Source: Mantamonas sphyraenae STR306 (Eukaryota; Protista; CRuMs). Taken from it: 64,000 nucleotides of DNA. A program made the position numbers and the translations under genes. The stretch lies in contig JAPMXV010000071.1 of the NCBI GenBank assembly GCA_026936335.1, positions 124,001-188,000 on the forward strand, given 5' to 3'. Of this stretch, positions 38,185 to 51,744 are shown one piece after another. Under the pieces are notes generated by a model. It did no database searches, was not told where the DNA came from, and saw only the letters and a program-made list of their open reading frames with translations. The stretch's first letter is position 1; each line of letters starts with the position of its first letter.

Positions 38185-39722
38185 TCATCCGCTCATCTCC
38201 ACGTCACCGCTGCTGGACGACGAAGAGGAAGAAGAAGACGAGGCATGCGCCTTCTCTGTGTCCATGTCATCGTCTGCACCGTCCTCCACGTCGTATGCGC
38301 TGTCATCTGCGTCTTGACCGCTGAACAGTTGATACTTGACCAGCTGAGCCATGAGGGCGTTGATTTGCTCACATGCCACCGACACAGAGTCTGTACTGAC
38401 CTTGGACAGTTCGCTGGCTTTCTCCTGGCCGTCCACAGTGCCTCCCGTGCGTGTGGTGGTCACTGACGACTCAGCCTGCTCGCACTTGGCCGCAATGTCC
38501 CCCACACGCGACGAAAAGTAGTCTCGGTTCTGAAAGCACACATTCCATCATTACACATGGAGCCATCCCCAGCCAAAAAGGGGTGTCAGCGACAAAAAAC
38601 GGGGGTGGGAGTGGGAACGGGTAAGAGCAACGGCGAAAACACTTACCGCCAGCAGCGGAGTCGACGACAGAGTGCTGATCCAGTACTTGTTCCACAGCTG
38701 ACCCAGCAGCTTGCTGTCCAGAGATGACTTGAAGTAGCTGATCTCCAGAGGGTAGAAGCAGTTTGCGTGCACTCCAAAATCCTCGATCTTGTCCAGCGGG
38801 ATGCTCTGGTACTCGCTTGGCTCTGCGTTGGGCGGCGTGTAGTCCTCCGGATAGGTGCGAAAGGCGCCAATCTCCACCTTGCCTGCGCTCATTGTCTTCC
38901 ATGGGTCGATCTGTGGTGCCGGCGCGCGTGAGAGGGTCGCCCCGTGGGCCAAGATGGGAATTCGCCTTGCCGACAAGAAACACCTACCACAATGGCCAGG
39001 AATGGCTCCTGGAACTGCTGGTTCAGTCGCTGTGTGCCCACATCAATGCCCGACAGCCAGCATCCGTAGCCTGTGTGCACCGTGCGCACGTGTGTGAGTG
39101 TGTGGTGTGACGGCTGCGAGCTTGGGGCAAACTCGGCGTGTTTTCCGTGCGTCTTGCTTCAACCGCGCTCCGCGCTTCGCCTGCTGTCTGGCACTCACCG
39201 GGATGGCTGTGATACCAGCCCAACTGGTTCTCCAGACGGCCAGCACGCTTCACCGTCTTGGAATACTCCACCATGTACTCGTAGGCCTCTGCCTGTGCGT
39301 TGACGCGTGTTTCCGTTCCCTCCACGGGCAGGGCAAACACGTCCATGACAATCATGGTTTCACCAGACACCTTTCCCTGCAGCAGACCCATCACCTCCAG
39401 CTCTCCACCCGATCGTGCGTGCATGGTCATCTTCACCAGCGCCAGCGCAGAGATCTTGACGTACTTGTAGTACTGCGGGCTGTGATCAGAGGCACACACA
39501 CACACACACACACGCCACGTGTGTGTCAGGTAAAGCCATCCGTCTCACCCATTCACGCAACCGAAACACCCTCCTCCACATGAACACCTACTCGTGCAAC
39601 CAGGGCTTGTTGCTCGTCTCCTTGTTCTGCTCCTCTTGGCTGTACAGGTAGATCTTCTCATCGTCCACCTCTTGGATGTTGTTCTCCAACTCAAAGGTCT
39701 TGAGAGCCGTGTCTGCGTCCAT
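38185..39722 (-). CDS. COPS5: COP9 signalosome subunit 5 (JAMM deneddylase), 5 exons
   Basis: [32 protein letters not shown]|[45 protein letters not shown]. Confidence 0.96.
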
Positions 39723-39842
39723 GATTGGTGGGGGCAGGGGTCAAGTGGGTGGGAAAAGAAGTGCTGTTTCGACCCGCGCCGTTGCATCCATCCTCACCCA
39801 ACCCCACCCCAAACCCCCAACCCGAAAAACCCACACGCTGCC

Positions 39843-40926
39843 ATGTCGTTTGCCAGTGATTCCATTTTCGAGAGCATGAACTCGCTCATCCCGCAGAACA
39901 AGGACAAGATCAAGAACATCAAGTTCATCTACTCCTTTGTCATCACCCACGGCCCCAACGGCGCCTCCACCAACTGGTGAGTGTACGACACAGCACATGC
40001 CGCGTGTTGCGGAATCCAATGCCACCTTCCCATCCACCCCGTGCAATGGTCCCCCTTCCACCCCCAAGGGTCTCGTGCGCACGCAGTCCGCGGCCGCTTT
40101 CCTCCGCTCCGCTTGCTGACACACACACCCCTCGCCGAAATCATTCCAGGACCGTCGACCTCAAGAACGGCAAGGTTGTGCATGAGGAGCCGGCCAAATC
40201 CGACGTGACCATCACGGTTGGCGACGCAGACTGTGTGAAGCTGTTCAACGGCAAGCTGAACCCTCAAAAGGTGCGCTTTTGTTGTCTGTGCAGCCACTTC
40301 CGCCCTTGCCTCCGAAAATTTCCCCTCTCTCCTTGCTCACGCCTCCTGTCCCTTGCGTCACCTTTTCACAGGCCTTTATGCAGCGCAAGATGACCATCAA
40401 GGGCTCCATGAGCGCAGCCATGAAGCTCCAGCCCATCATCAAGATCGCCAAGAAGGCTCTGGAGAGCGGTGCTGGTGCAAGCAGCTCCTCCGCCTCCTCC
40501 TCCTCTAGCAGCAGCAGCTCCAGCAGCAGCTCCAGCAGCAGCTCGTCCAGCAGCGGCGGCGCTTCTGTGTCTGTGGATGGGTTCCAGGCCTCCGAGGTGA
40601 TGGAGGGCCTGAAGACGCGTCTGGCAGGCGAGCCGAAGCTGGTGAAGCAAGTGGGCGGTGTGTTCCACTTTGTGGTGACAGATGGACCCAACGGAGCCAA
40701 GCAGTCGTGGACTGTGGATCTGAAGAACGGGGCAGGCAAGGTGGAACTGGGAGCACCTGCCAAGGCAGACTGCACCCTGACGATGAGTGACGACATCTTT
40801 TTCAAGGTGTTTACAGGCCAGCTCAACTCGCAGAAGGCATACATGCAGCGCAAGCTGAAGATCAAGGGTGCCATGAAGTACGCCATGAAGCTGGGCAAGC
40901 TCAGCAACAAGACCGCCAAGCTGTAA
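39843..40926 (+). CDS. Tandem SCP2 sterol/lipid-carrier domain protein with PTS1; introns 39977-40149 and 40271-40371
   Basis: Two SCP2 domains (WTVDLKNG...AFMQRKMTIKG and WTVDLKNG...[11 protein letters not shown]) joined by poly-Ser; C-terminal AKL. Confidence 0.9.
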
Positions 40927-41000
40927 ACGATGCAGAAGCAATACAGATGCAGATGTGAGCAGTGTGTGTTTGTTGTTGTTCTGTGGTGATGGTGATGGTG
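40519..41000 (+). repeat. Direct repeat copy 1 (~480 bp: SCP2 domain + 3' flank)
   Basis: Near-identical to 49685-50168 (offset 9166 in the coding part). Confidence 0.95.
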
Positions 41001-41040
41001 ATGGTGATGGTGTGCACTGCCCATGCACGGACACCCATCC

Positions 41041-44000
41041 TTACGACAGATGGAACGACTCTTGGCCTTCGGCCATGGCAAACAGTAGCTTGTTCTTGAG
41101 CACCTCCTTGCTGGTGTACTCGGGCAGCTTGAGGAAACTCTGGCAGGTCATGACGGATGGCAGGTAGTCGTCCGGCCAGTCTGCCCCCTTGCGCACAATG
41201 GTGAAGCGAGGATTGAGGTTGGCCAAGCCACCCACGGGCATGGAGGGAGATCCGGTGAGGAAGCGCAAAAACTGCCGCTGCTGCTCAATGTCAAACTCGC
41301 ACAGCACCTCAAACAGCAGCTGCACCACCCTCGATGCGTGGCTGTACCCGTGTTCCACCTTTGTGTGTTCCATCAACATGGCCATGCTCCACTTGGTGTT
41401 GTCGCCATACAACAGCGTTTCCAGCTCGGCCGCGGAAAAGATGCGCAGCCGATCCACGTGCATCACGTTTGAAAAGCCACGCCTGAACGCCGCAATCTGC
41501 CGTTCGCAGCCACGGCTCAGGTAGTACGCACCCACGAGGTCAAGGTACTCGCCCAGGTTGTGTACGTCCACGCACACGTCTTTGCCTCCTGCCTTCAGTT
41601 CGATCTCGCTGTGTCCCGGCACGGTAAAGTCCAATCCCAACATGTCGATGGCAACACCGTCCAGCTTGACTGCCTCCAGGGCCTCCTTGCGTTGAGACTC
41701 CTCCAGTTCTGCGCTTTCCCTTGCCACGCGTTCGTACTCTTCGCGCACAGCCTGCATCTTGAGCATGCTGCGTCCAAACGCCTCGTTGATGTGCAACAAG
41801 TCGGTGAGGTGCACGTCTCACCCAGCAGCGCCTTGTAGAACGGCCTGGCAAACGGCAAATCCAACAGACGGCCATCCACCAGAGACTTGGCCACAAAGGC
41901 ACCGGCAAACTCAAACAGACGCAGGGTGCGTGCTTGCTGTGTCTCGTGCACCTCTGGCCATGGGCGAGGAAACAGGCCCTGGTTGACCTGAATGAACCCC
42001 TGTTGTGTCGATTGCTGCTGCTTGCCGCCTTCTCCGTCCACATCCATGCCCGCGGTGTCATTGGGTGTCACACCCGTTGTGCCGTTGTCGGCAGTGTCGT
42101 TGCTGGTGTCCATCCACAGAGCCAAGTCCTTGCGCATCAGCTGTCGCGAAACGGTGGAAAAGAACTCCAAAGTAGGCCCCAGCCCCACACCGACCTCCCC
42201 AAAGTATTCCACCTCCAACACGGCGTAACTGGTGCCATACAATTCCAGCACACGGATGGCCGAGTTGAGCAGGTCGTCACGTCGGATGCGCACCTTTTGG
42301 CGCGGAATCCGCGCTGCACCAAACACATCGGACACACGCGTGGCTCCTGACGTCACACTGCCCAGCGCATGCATGGCCCGCGACGCACCCATGCCGGTGC
42401 ACTGCAGGTACAGACGTCGTGTCTCAAAAGGAAACAGAAACGGCGTCGCAAGCGTCAATCGCTTCGTCCATGTGGGCAATCCCCTGGCCGCCAGTGTCAG
42501 CATGTCTTGCAGCTGCCTCGTCAGTTTCACACTCAGCTTGTTGTTGTGGAACTCAAAGCTGCTGATGATCTGCTCCTGTCGATCGACCCCTTGGCGATTG
42601 ATCAGCTCCAACACACGCAGTAGGCACAATGCCTCCATGCACTGGGTTTCGCTTTCGTTGGCGGACGTGGACACAGATGAGGCTGACGAAGACGATGCCG
42701 ATGACGACGACGACGATGATGCAGACGAGGATGACGCGCTCACGTCCACCTCCATCTCGTTCTCAGAGGACGACATCGAGCCTTGCACGTCTGACCCTTC
42801 GGCATCGCTCTGCTGCTCCTGCGTGTTCTGGTGCAGCAGAAAGTCTGTGGTACGATCACCCACCTGTGCCAGGTGCATGTCTGCTTCTGTAAACAGCGTG
42901 GTGGGTTTGGTGGCATACTTCACCCGCCAGCCTGCGTCGGACGACGACGACGACGACGACGACGATCCATCGCCATGCGTCGTGTCCTTCACACGGTACT
43001 CCAGGGTGTATGTGTTTTCCCACAACGTGCGTTGGTAGCCGTTGCCCATGTCAAACCCGTACCCTGCGGGGGTGCCTGTGCTCTTGCGCGCCTCGGGATC
43101 CGTCAGTTCCTTCGGTCCGTACAGATGGATGGCCTGGAACAGTGTCATGTCGGCATCCAGCACATGTCCGTTGAACAGCAGCTCCAATTGCTTGCGTGGC
43201 TTGGGTGTTCCATGCTCGCTGTCGTTGCTGCCTCCTGTACTGTCTGCCGTGGTAGCGGTGGTAGCGGTGGTAGTGGTGGTTGTGGTTGTGGTGGTGCTGG
43301 TCGTGGTGGTGCTGGTCGTGGAGCGGTCTGCCTCGCTGTTCCTGTTGGTGCTGCCACCCTCTTCAGTCTCCATGCCATCCTTGCCCACCACTTCCTCGGT
43401 CGACAGCACCTCATCCACTGCCTGGCGTCCCTTGCCGTTGCCACGGCTGTTTGTGATCATCTGACCCTGCATGGGTGCATAGCCCGTGTTGTACACCACC
43501 GCTTGGTCCACGCGTGCACTTGCCTTGCGCTCGCCTTTGCTCTTGCGTTTGCTCTTGGTTCCGGATGCTCGTTTGGTTTGTCCCTTGTACGTACCCTCTG
43601 CAGCAATTTCCTGCAGGTCTTCCTTCTGGGCTTCACCTCCACTCGCCACCGAAAACGATTCTGCACTCCACATCGCCTTCATCGCCTCCAACGTTTCGGC
43701 ATCCAACGTCCCCTCCAATCCCTCCAATGATCCGGCACCCCCAAACGACGTCATAATCTCCTGCGTCAACGCCTGATACTTGGGTGTTTTGATGAGCAAG
43801 TCACCGCGTTCTGCAAACTCCTTCTGGCTCTTCTCCAATGCCTCCGTCTTGCGTACCCGTCGCTTCTTCTTGCTGACAATCTTGCTTTGGCGTGCCTTCT
43901 GACGTCGAGCTTCTGCGTGCGCTTTCACGGCAGCCATCTGCTGCTGGCTTTGCAGTGCAACCTGTTTCACCTCGTCGATCATCACTTCCAGTTCCGTCAT

Positions 44001-47000
44001 CTGTGGCATGATGGCTGCACGCATCTCCTCGCGTGTCATTTCGTCAAATTCGCCTTCCTCGACCATGGTCAACATGCTCGCCACCTCTTGCGCCTGCTGC
44101 TCCAGCTCCTCCAGCCGCGTTTGCGCAGCCTGTGCTTGCACCTGCATCATGCTTTCCTCCTCCGCACGCCTTGCCTGCGCATACCCGCCGTAGTCGCCAT
44201 AGTCATCCGCGTAGTACTGATTGTACCATGTGTCCTGGTCCTGGTGTGCGTATGACTCCCACGTGTCCTCTGCCGCCTCCCCTTCCTCTTCCTCACCCTC
44301 CTCCTCTTCCTCTTCCTCACCGTCCACTTCATCATCATCATCATCATTATCATATCATCGGCCACCTTCACCAGCGACTTTTTCTGCTGCTTGACTTGCT
44401 CGGAGCCCCACCCGTCGTTGTGTGTCTCTTTGGGTGATGCAGAAGCGCCAGATGTCATCTCGTGTTGCATGTAATCCCAGTACTCGGATGGGTCGCCTCC
44501 ATGCTGCTCCATCTCGGCCATGTACTCCAGCCGCTCTGCCTCGAGCTCAAGCAACGATTTGCCCTGCCTGTCCGCTGCCTGCGCCTGACGACTGCGTGGC
44601 ACGAGCTCCAACCGTTCCTCCAGGTTGTCAATGATGGCTTGCATGCGTGCAATGGGTTCCACAGTGGCGTTGGGTTGGCCCAGCTCGCGCACCTGCGTCT
44701 CGCCTTCTGCGGGCTGCAGTAGAACACGCAGCGGTGCTGAAAGCAAGCGCATGCCCTGTGACAGCGCCCACATGCTGGTGCTGGTCTGGTCGTACATGCT
44801 CAGCTCAAACTGTTCAGACTTGGAGAGAACCCCCTGGAGCAGACGCACCAGATGCGCAAGCGCAGGGGCCATGGCTTCTTCGCGCATCTGTTCATCCACG
44901 CGCTGCTGTCCAAAGTGGCGCACAAACGCACGCACACGCGTGTCTTGAGACAAGGCGTGGGACTCGCTTGTGGCACACAGAGTGTGCAACAGCGCACCGG
45001 CCATACGCGAATGCAGCAGCTCAAACGCAGTCACGCCTGTCTCCACATCACCCACCATGGCTGCCAGACGGCTCAACACCGCATCCAACTCGTCCTTGCT
45101 CTCGCACCTGAGCAACCGCTGTGCCAATCCACGCAGCTCCACAGCGACGCGGAATGGCTGGTCCTGCAGCGAGACATCGTTGTTGTTGTTGCTGCTGCTG
45201 CTCTGCTGCTGCTCCTGATCCAAACTCATCAATTGGTCCACACTGTCCACCGTGTCCATGTCCTTGCCAAAGTGTGCCTTCTTGAACTTGAGTGCGAGGT
45301 TGACAATGCGCATACGCTGCACCCTGTCCTGGTGTTCCTTGCTCATCACCGGTGGCACTATAGGGTGGCGAATGTACTCGTCCAGTGTCTCCTGGTACGC
45401 GTGTCGCAAGGCAGCCATGTTGCCAACGCTGTACCGCTGCATCATCTCGCGGTGTCCCGACATACACTTGCAGTTGCCCGACGGCCCGCAGTCGCAATAC
45501 GAGTTGGACGAGTATCGCCGTGCACTGACCTCGTGGTCACGGTGGCACTTGAGGAAGCAGGGTTCGCATACCACACGTCCGCCGTTGATGCCGCACGAGT
45601 GACATTCGTACACATTCTGAGCAATGTACGAATTGACAAACACGCCATACGTGCACAACGGCATATCTTTCCTGGCCTTGGTCATCATGGGGTCTTCTTC
45701 ATCGTCGTCTCCGTTGCTGCCGTCGCCATGCATGCCAGCCTCCTCGGCCTCGGCGGCCAGCTTGGCAATCTCAAACACGACACCCTCACGGAAAAAGTGC
45801 AGACGGAAAATGTTTGGCATCTTGGTGATGAGCAGTTCGGCAATTTGCAACCCAGCCAGCACCAGAGCGGTGTCGCGTGCGTTGGATTCGATCAGAGAGG
45901 CCAGGAAGGAACTCACAGGCAGATTGCGCAGGAGTTCTGTCAGCACCTCGGCACTGCTGAAGTACAGAATCTGTTCGATGATCGACAGACACTTGTGTGT
46001 CACCGCCGTGATCACTGTGCTGCGAAACAAGTCCATCAGCGGCTGCAGCAGGGCGCCACCCACCGTTTCCAGGAGCGCCGGCGCGTCTGCATACATCTTT
46101 GTCTTTGGATGTTCCTTGGGATCGTCCTGCGATGCACCTGCCTGTGCACCCGCATTGTTGGGGTTCACCATGCCTGGGTAGCTGCCGTACGGCATGCCTG
46201 TGTTGCCATAGTGGCCTCCTGGACCACCCTGCTGCACAAGCACCTCGGCCATCTCCTTTGGCAGTGGAGGCAGCAACTCGTACATGAGTTGCAGCATGTC
46301 AAACAGATGCTTCGGCGAATTGCCAATGCCGGATGTGCTTGTGTCCATCTTGGATGGGGTGCCCATTGCCGATGCAGTCGACGTGGAGGACGACGATGAC
46401 GACGACGATGACGTTGAGGTCGTGCTCATCATCGAATCATCCATGTCCATACCTGCTGCGTCGTCTGTGCTTGTGTCGGTAGCCGCGGCGCTTCCCACCG
46501 CCTCTTCGGCTGCGCTTGTGGATGCCACCTGCTTCAACACGTCGCAAAGGCCGGCCTCCAGAAGACGGGCACACAAGACGGGCGAGTGGCGACACATGCT
46601 GGTCAGCATATGGATGACGTTCACGTACGCGTTGCCTTCCAGTTCCACGCTGGCCTCGTTGGGAGATATCAGCTGCAGGGCTGCAGTGATCACTCGATCG
46701 CCCACCACCTGCAACAGTTTGCCTTCGTCGCCTGCAAACACTTCCACCAGGCGAGCAAAACTGTAGCAGGCGTTGGACACGACCTTTGCATCGGACGAGC
46801 TGAGCAGGTTGGCCACCAGCTCCACTGAATTGAGCACGGCGGTCTTTGCATCCTCGCTGTATGACGCCATGCGACACACGTTGGCCACAATGGACGAGGC
46901 CACACGCTGGGTACTCATGCCGAAAAAGTCAATGTAGGACAGGATGGCCATGAGGCCACCGGCTGCGGCAATGGCACCTGCGTGCTCATAGGCAATCTTC

Positions 47001-47791
47001 TCCAGGGCCAGGATGCACTGCTCCGCCACGTCGATGTACTCGATGGACAGGAGCTTGTTGCACAGTGCCGGAATGGCGTTGCGGTGCACAATACTGTTGA
47101 TGGACGAGGGCATGACGTCCATGAGGTTTGTGAGGGCGCGTGCGGCAAGCAGCATGATTTCGCTGTTGAAATTGGAGTCCAGAAGCTGCACCAACGGAGG
47201 CACAAAGCTGTCCACCGAAAAATGGTTCATGGAATCCTCAGACGCCAGCGACAGCGCCTCGTTGAGCTGGTTCAGGCTGACCAGCTGTCGATCCGGTGAG
47301 CTGTGGTCGTTCAAACCCTCCAACAGCCCTCGCATGCTGCTACTGTTTGTCACAGACACAGCACCTCCCGAATACGGATCGTACCCTCCGTACATGCCTC
47401 CTCCTCCTCCTCCTCCTCCTCCTCCCCACATCATGCTTGCTTGCGCCTGGGACGGTGTTTGTTGTTGTTGCTGGGCTTGCTGCACTTGGTTCATAAACGA
47501 CTGCAAGTGGGATACCGACTGTGCATCCATGGCTCCCGTTGCACCGCCACTCATCATCAGGGCTGTGAGCATGTTTGCGTTCACGGCGCCTCCGTTTGCG
47601 AGCTCGTGCAGATCGGTGGCAAACGAGGCATTGCCTTGCACCGGCGGCGGTGGCGGCATGGACGCCCCTGTGGTTGTCCCTGAAGTCTGTGTCGTTGATT
47701 CTGTGTCGGACGTGCTCGCTTGCTTCTTCTCCTCCTCCATGCCATCGTCCTGCGTGTCCTTGGGTTCGCTCCCGCTTGAATTCCGTCTCAT
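41041..47791 (-). CDS. Ufd4/TRIP12/UPL3-like HECT E3 ubiquitin ligase with an inserted UBR-box; intronless, frameshifts near 44352 and 41815
   Basis: ARM region ([33 protein letters not shown]); [41 protein letters not shown]; HECT end [16 protein letters not shown]...ESFHLS. Confidence 0.93.
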
Positions 47792-48030
47792 CGGCTTCGG
47801 CTTCGTGTGTGGCTCTTTCTTCTTCGCTTCTCGCTCAGCCTGTGTTGCCCCACGGTGTGCTTTCAAGCCTCTGCAGGGTGTATCTGTGTGTAGGTGTACC
47901 CCTTGTGTGTCCTTTGGTGAACGTTGCGCTGCTGCGGCTGTGTGGGAACGGGAGGGAATCGAGGAACAGTGGGTGGCTGTGCGCAGGCGCCACCACTTCT
48001 TTCCACTCAACCCTCTGCACTCTAAAAACC

Positions 48031-50092
48031 ATGGGACGCAAAGTTTACGTCGTTGGCGTTGGCATGACCAAGTTTCTCAAGCCGGGCAAGCATGACCTGG
48101 ACTATCCGGACTTTGCCGTGGAGGCAGGCACCAAGGCCCTGAAGGATGCTGGCATCGACTATTCGGAGATCCAGCAGGTCTGTGTGGGTTATGTCTACGG
48201 TAAGTTGTGCGTGGGTACTGGAGGGAATGGATCACAGGCAGGGGTTTGAGGGGTGTGCGAGTGTGGCGCGAGTGTGCCAGATAGGCTCGCAAACGGGCTT
48301 GGTCACTCACGGCATGCGAACGCTTGACGTGGATCCCAGACGAAACTGACCCGTGACGGACACACACCGATGCAGGCGACTCGACATGCGGTCAGCGTGC
48401 AGTGTACGAGTTGGGCCTTACGGGAGTACCCGTGTACAACGTGAACAACAACTGCTCCACGGGTTCCACGGCGTTGTTGTACGTTTGCTAGGCGCGAGGA
48501 GACCATCCTCCGTCGTTTCCACGCCGAAACAGGGCCCGTTATTGCGCGCAAAGGAGACTGACACACACGGAATGGACACACTGGGACACGTGCGGCACAG
48601 CATGGCCAAGCAGTTTGTGGAGGGTGGTCTGGCAGATTGTGTGATGGCCATTGGCTTCGAAAAGATGGAGCGCGGGTCGTTGGGGAGCAAGTTTGACGAC
48701 CGCACGAACCCGATGGACAAGCACATGGAGGCGATGATTGACAAGCGTGGGTATGGCGAGGCGCCGCCAACGCCGCAGATCTTTGCCAATGCGGGACGTG
48801 AGCACATGGAGAAGTACGGCACGACGCTGGAGCACTTTGCCAAGATTGGTCACAAGAACCACAAGCACAGCATCGCCAACCCGTACTCGCAGTTCCGCAC
48901 CGAGTATTCATTGGACAAGGTGAAGAACAGCCGTGCCATCTACGAGCCCCTGACGCTGTTGCAGTGCTGCCCGACGAGCGACGGCAGCGCAGCGGCCATC
49001 CTGTGTTCGGAGGAGTTTATGCGCAAACATGGACTGGAGGCGCAGGCCATCGAAGTGCTGGGCATGTCCATGGTGACGGATGTGCAGGGCACGTTTGAGA
49101 AGGGGTCGGACATGGCGCTTGTTGGATATGACATGACGCGCAAGGCCATCCAGCAGGTGGAGGAGCAGGCGGGGCACAAGGCAAGCGAGGTGCAGGTGGT
49201 GGAACTCCACGATTGCTTCTCGGCCAATGAGCTCATCAACTACGAGGCCCTGGGGTTGATTCCAGAAGGCACGGCAGGCGAGTTTATCGACAAGGGGGAC
49301 AACACGTACGGCGGCAAGTATGTGATCAACCCGTCGGGAGGACTGATTTCCAAGGGCCACCCGCTGGGTGCAACGGGATTGGCACAGGTGACGGAAATCA
49401 CCTGGCAGTTGCGTGGTGTGGCTGGCGGTCGTCAGGTGCGTGACTGCAAGCTGGGACTGCAGCACAACATCGGGCTCGGCGGCGCCGTGGTGGTGGGCAT
49501 GTACAAGAAGGCATTCCCCAACCTCAAGACGCCTCCCAGCAAGTTGGGTTACAACCCGGCAGTCGAGGCACGCGATCTCGACGGCAATCTGATGGAAGGT
49601 GGCGAAGAGTGGACTGGCCAAGCGTACGCCGGTAGCACGTCGTCGTCGTCATCGTCGTCGTCTTCGTCGTCGTCGTCGTCGTCGTCCAGCAGCAGCTCCA
49701 GCAGCAGCTCGTCCAGCAGCGGCGGCGCTTCTGTGTCTGTGGATGGGTTCCAGGCCTCCGAGGTGATGGAGGGCCTGAAGACGCGTCTGGCAAGCGAGCC
49801 GAAGCTGGTGAAGCAAGTGGGCGGTGTGTTCCACTTTGTGGTGACGGATGGACCCAACGGAGCCAAGCAGTCGTGGACTGTGGATCTGAAGAACGGGGCA
49901 GGCAAGGTGGAACTGGGAGCACCTGCCAAGGCAGACTGCACCCTGACGATGAGTGACGACATCTTTTTCAAGGTGTTTACAGGCCAGCTCAACTCGCAGA
50001 AGGCATACATGCAGCGCAAGCTGAAGATCAAGGGTGCCATGAAGTACGCCATGAAGCTGGGCAAGCTCAGCAAGAAGACCGCCAAGCTGTAA
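48031..50092 (+). CDS. SCP2: Sterol carrier protein X (SCP2-type thiolase + SCP2 domain, PTS1); introns 48200-48375 and 48479-48600
   Basis: [22 protein letters not shown] (catalytic Cys), [34 protein letters not shown]; C-terminal SCP2 domain ending AKL. Confidence 0.95.
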
Positions 50093-50168
50093 ACGATGCA
50101 GAAGCAATACAGATGCAGATGTGCAGCAGTGTGTGTTTTGTTGTTGTTCTGTGGTGATGGTGATGGTG
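49685..50168 (+). repeat. Direct repeat copy 2 (SCP2 domain + 3' flank)
   Basis: Near-identical to 40519-41000. Confidence 0.95.
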
Positions 50169-50197
50169 TTGTCTTTGTGGTTGTGGTTGTGGACAAG

Positions 50198-51546
50198 TCA
50201 CGCGAAACTGCTGCTGCTTCCGCCTCCGCTGAAGCTGCTGCTGCTGCTGCTGCCACTGCCGCCTCCGTAGGTGCTGCTGCCACCTTGCATGGTGCTCTCA
50301 CCACGAATGGACATGCCTTCGGCTTCAGCCAGGGCCTTGAAGGAGAAGGATTGCGAGTCGATTGTTTGCAACTCCTGCGAGATTACCTCTGCGCTCAAGT
50401 TGTTCAGATCGGTAAGCACTGGGTTCAACACGTGCTTCTACACACAATCAATGTGTCCACAATCAATCAACCATGTTAGCGCATATCCGTCATCATGCTA
50501 CCACGTCAAGCGGGATATTCCACCACTTACCACCACCATATCGTCGATATACTCAATCAGCTGGGACATCTCTTCGTTCGAGGCCAGCTCAGGGTCGTAG
50601 AACTTGCCATACAGCTGTTCCAGCAGTTCACACAGCGTGTACAGCACCAGGCGCATGGAAATGAACTTTGGCTGTGGTGTGTGTGTGTGTGTGCGAGGTT
50701 TGTCAGAGACTGTGGATGTAGTGCGCTGTCACACAGGCGGTACAGTGTTGCACGTACCACGTGGGGAAAGTTGAGAAACTCAAAGGATGGGTCACTGCCG
50801 TAGGAGCCAGCTTGGATTGGGTTTTGCACCGTGGAGGTGTCCACATCAAGCGACTGGTTGCCCATCAGGCGTTTCTGTGAGGATGTGGGCGTGTGTGGTG
50901 GGTCGTACGAGACAGTCGCGCGATGGTAGTTAGCAAAAAAAGCGGGTTTGCAAGTGGGAAGGGCGCCGGGTGGGAGGGCGAAACCAACAAGCGACGATTT
51001 CGTGGCAAACTCTTTGCTAGCCTCCTCGAGCAGTTTGGCCACGGCGCGCACGGTCTGCTTGACAGAGGCGATGTTGAGCAAGGGTGCCAGCGAGTAGCCC
51101 AAGCATAGAAAGTGGTTGACCCTGTGACGGAAGCGATCGACAACACAAAAGGGAGAGCGTGGCAGAGAGCGAGAGAGAGAGAGGGTCAGCAACGACGCCA
51201 GCAACAAGTGTGACACGCTCGCCGTTTTGGCAGGCGGGCACAGCCACACGTACCGTTTGTACATGTCGGAAGTGGTGTAAAAGTCGTCCAGCTGGTCTGC
51301 AGAGATGGTGACGACATTCATCCACATCACGTTGTCCTGTTCCTGGAACCGTTTCAGGTAGTCCAAGTTTCGTTTGCGTTTGCCCACCAGATTCTCCAAA
51401 TGGAAAATCTTGGAGCTGTCCACCGATTCCTGTGGGCAAAGGGGAGGGAACAAGAAGGAGAGAGAGAGAGGTGCCATGGGATGGGTGGAGGGGTAGTGTG
51501 TGAGGGGAAATCGGGGGGGTGGGATAGCAACAACGACACGTACCAT
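50198..51546 (-). CDS. Hypothetical protein, probably a conserved eukaryotic family, 6 exons
   Basis: ATG-only first exon, then ESVDSSKIFHLENLVGKRKRNLDYLKR...WMNVV...FLCLGYSLAPLL...FEFLNFP...LCELLEQLYGKF; canonical introns; resembles, from memory only, an uncharacterised fungal/protist family. Confidence 0.72.
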
Positions 51547-51744
51547 GGTCAGACGGATTGCTTTGGAATGATGTGCGCATGATGGATGTGCGTGAATGTG
51601 TGCTTGTGCTCGAGCTGGGACCTGGGACCGGTTGGGGACAATCACACAGACTGCCATGCGCAGAGAGAAATTCCTGATTTCCTTCCACGGCGCCCTTGGG
51701 GGCCAAAAACAAACAAAGCAAGGCAAAGTGGGGTGGGGGGAACA

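Noticed and set aside
41041-47791. Pseudogene status for the frameshifted genes (HECT E3, Gemin5, LtrA and others)
   Set aside because: Catalytic and conserved motifs are intact on both sides of each shift, with no accumulated stop codons; consensus error is more parsimonious.
40519-50168. Direct repeats flanking ~8.7 kb read as LTRs or a composite transposon
   Set aside because: The repeats are SCP2 coding sequence. I see no TG...CA ends, primer-binding site, target-site duplication, RT, integrase or transposase, and the interior holds housekeeping genes.
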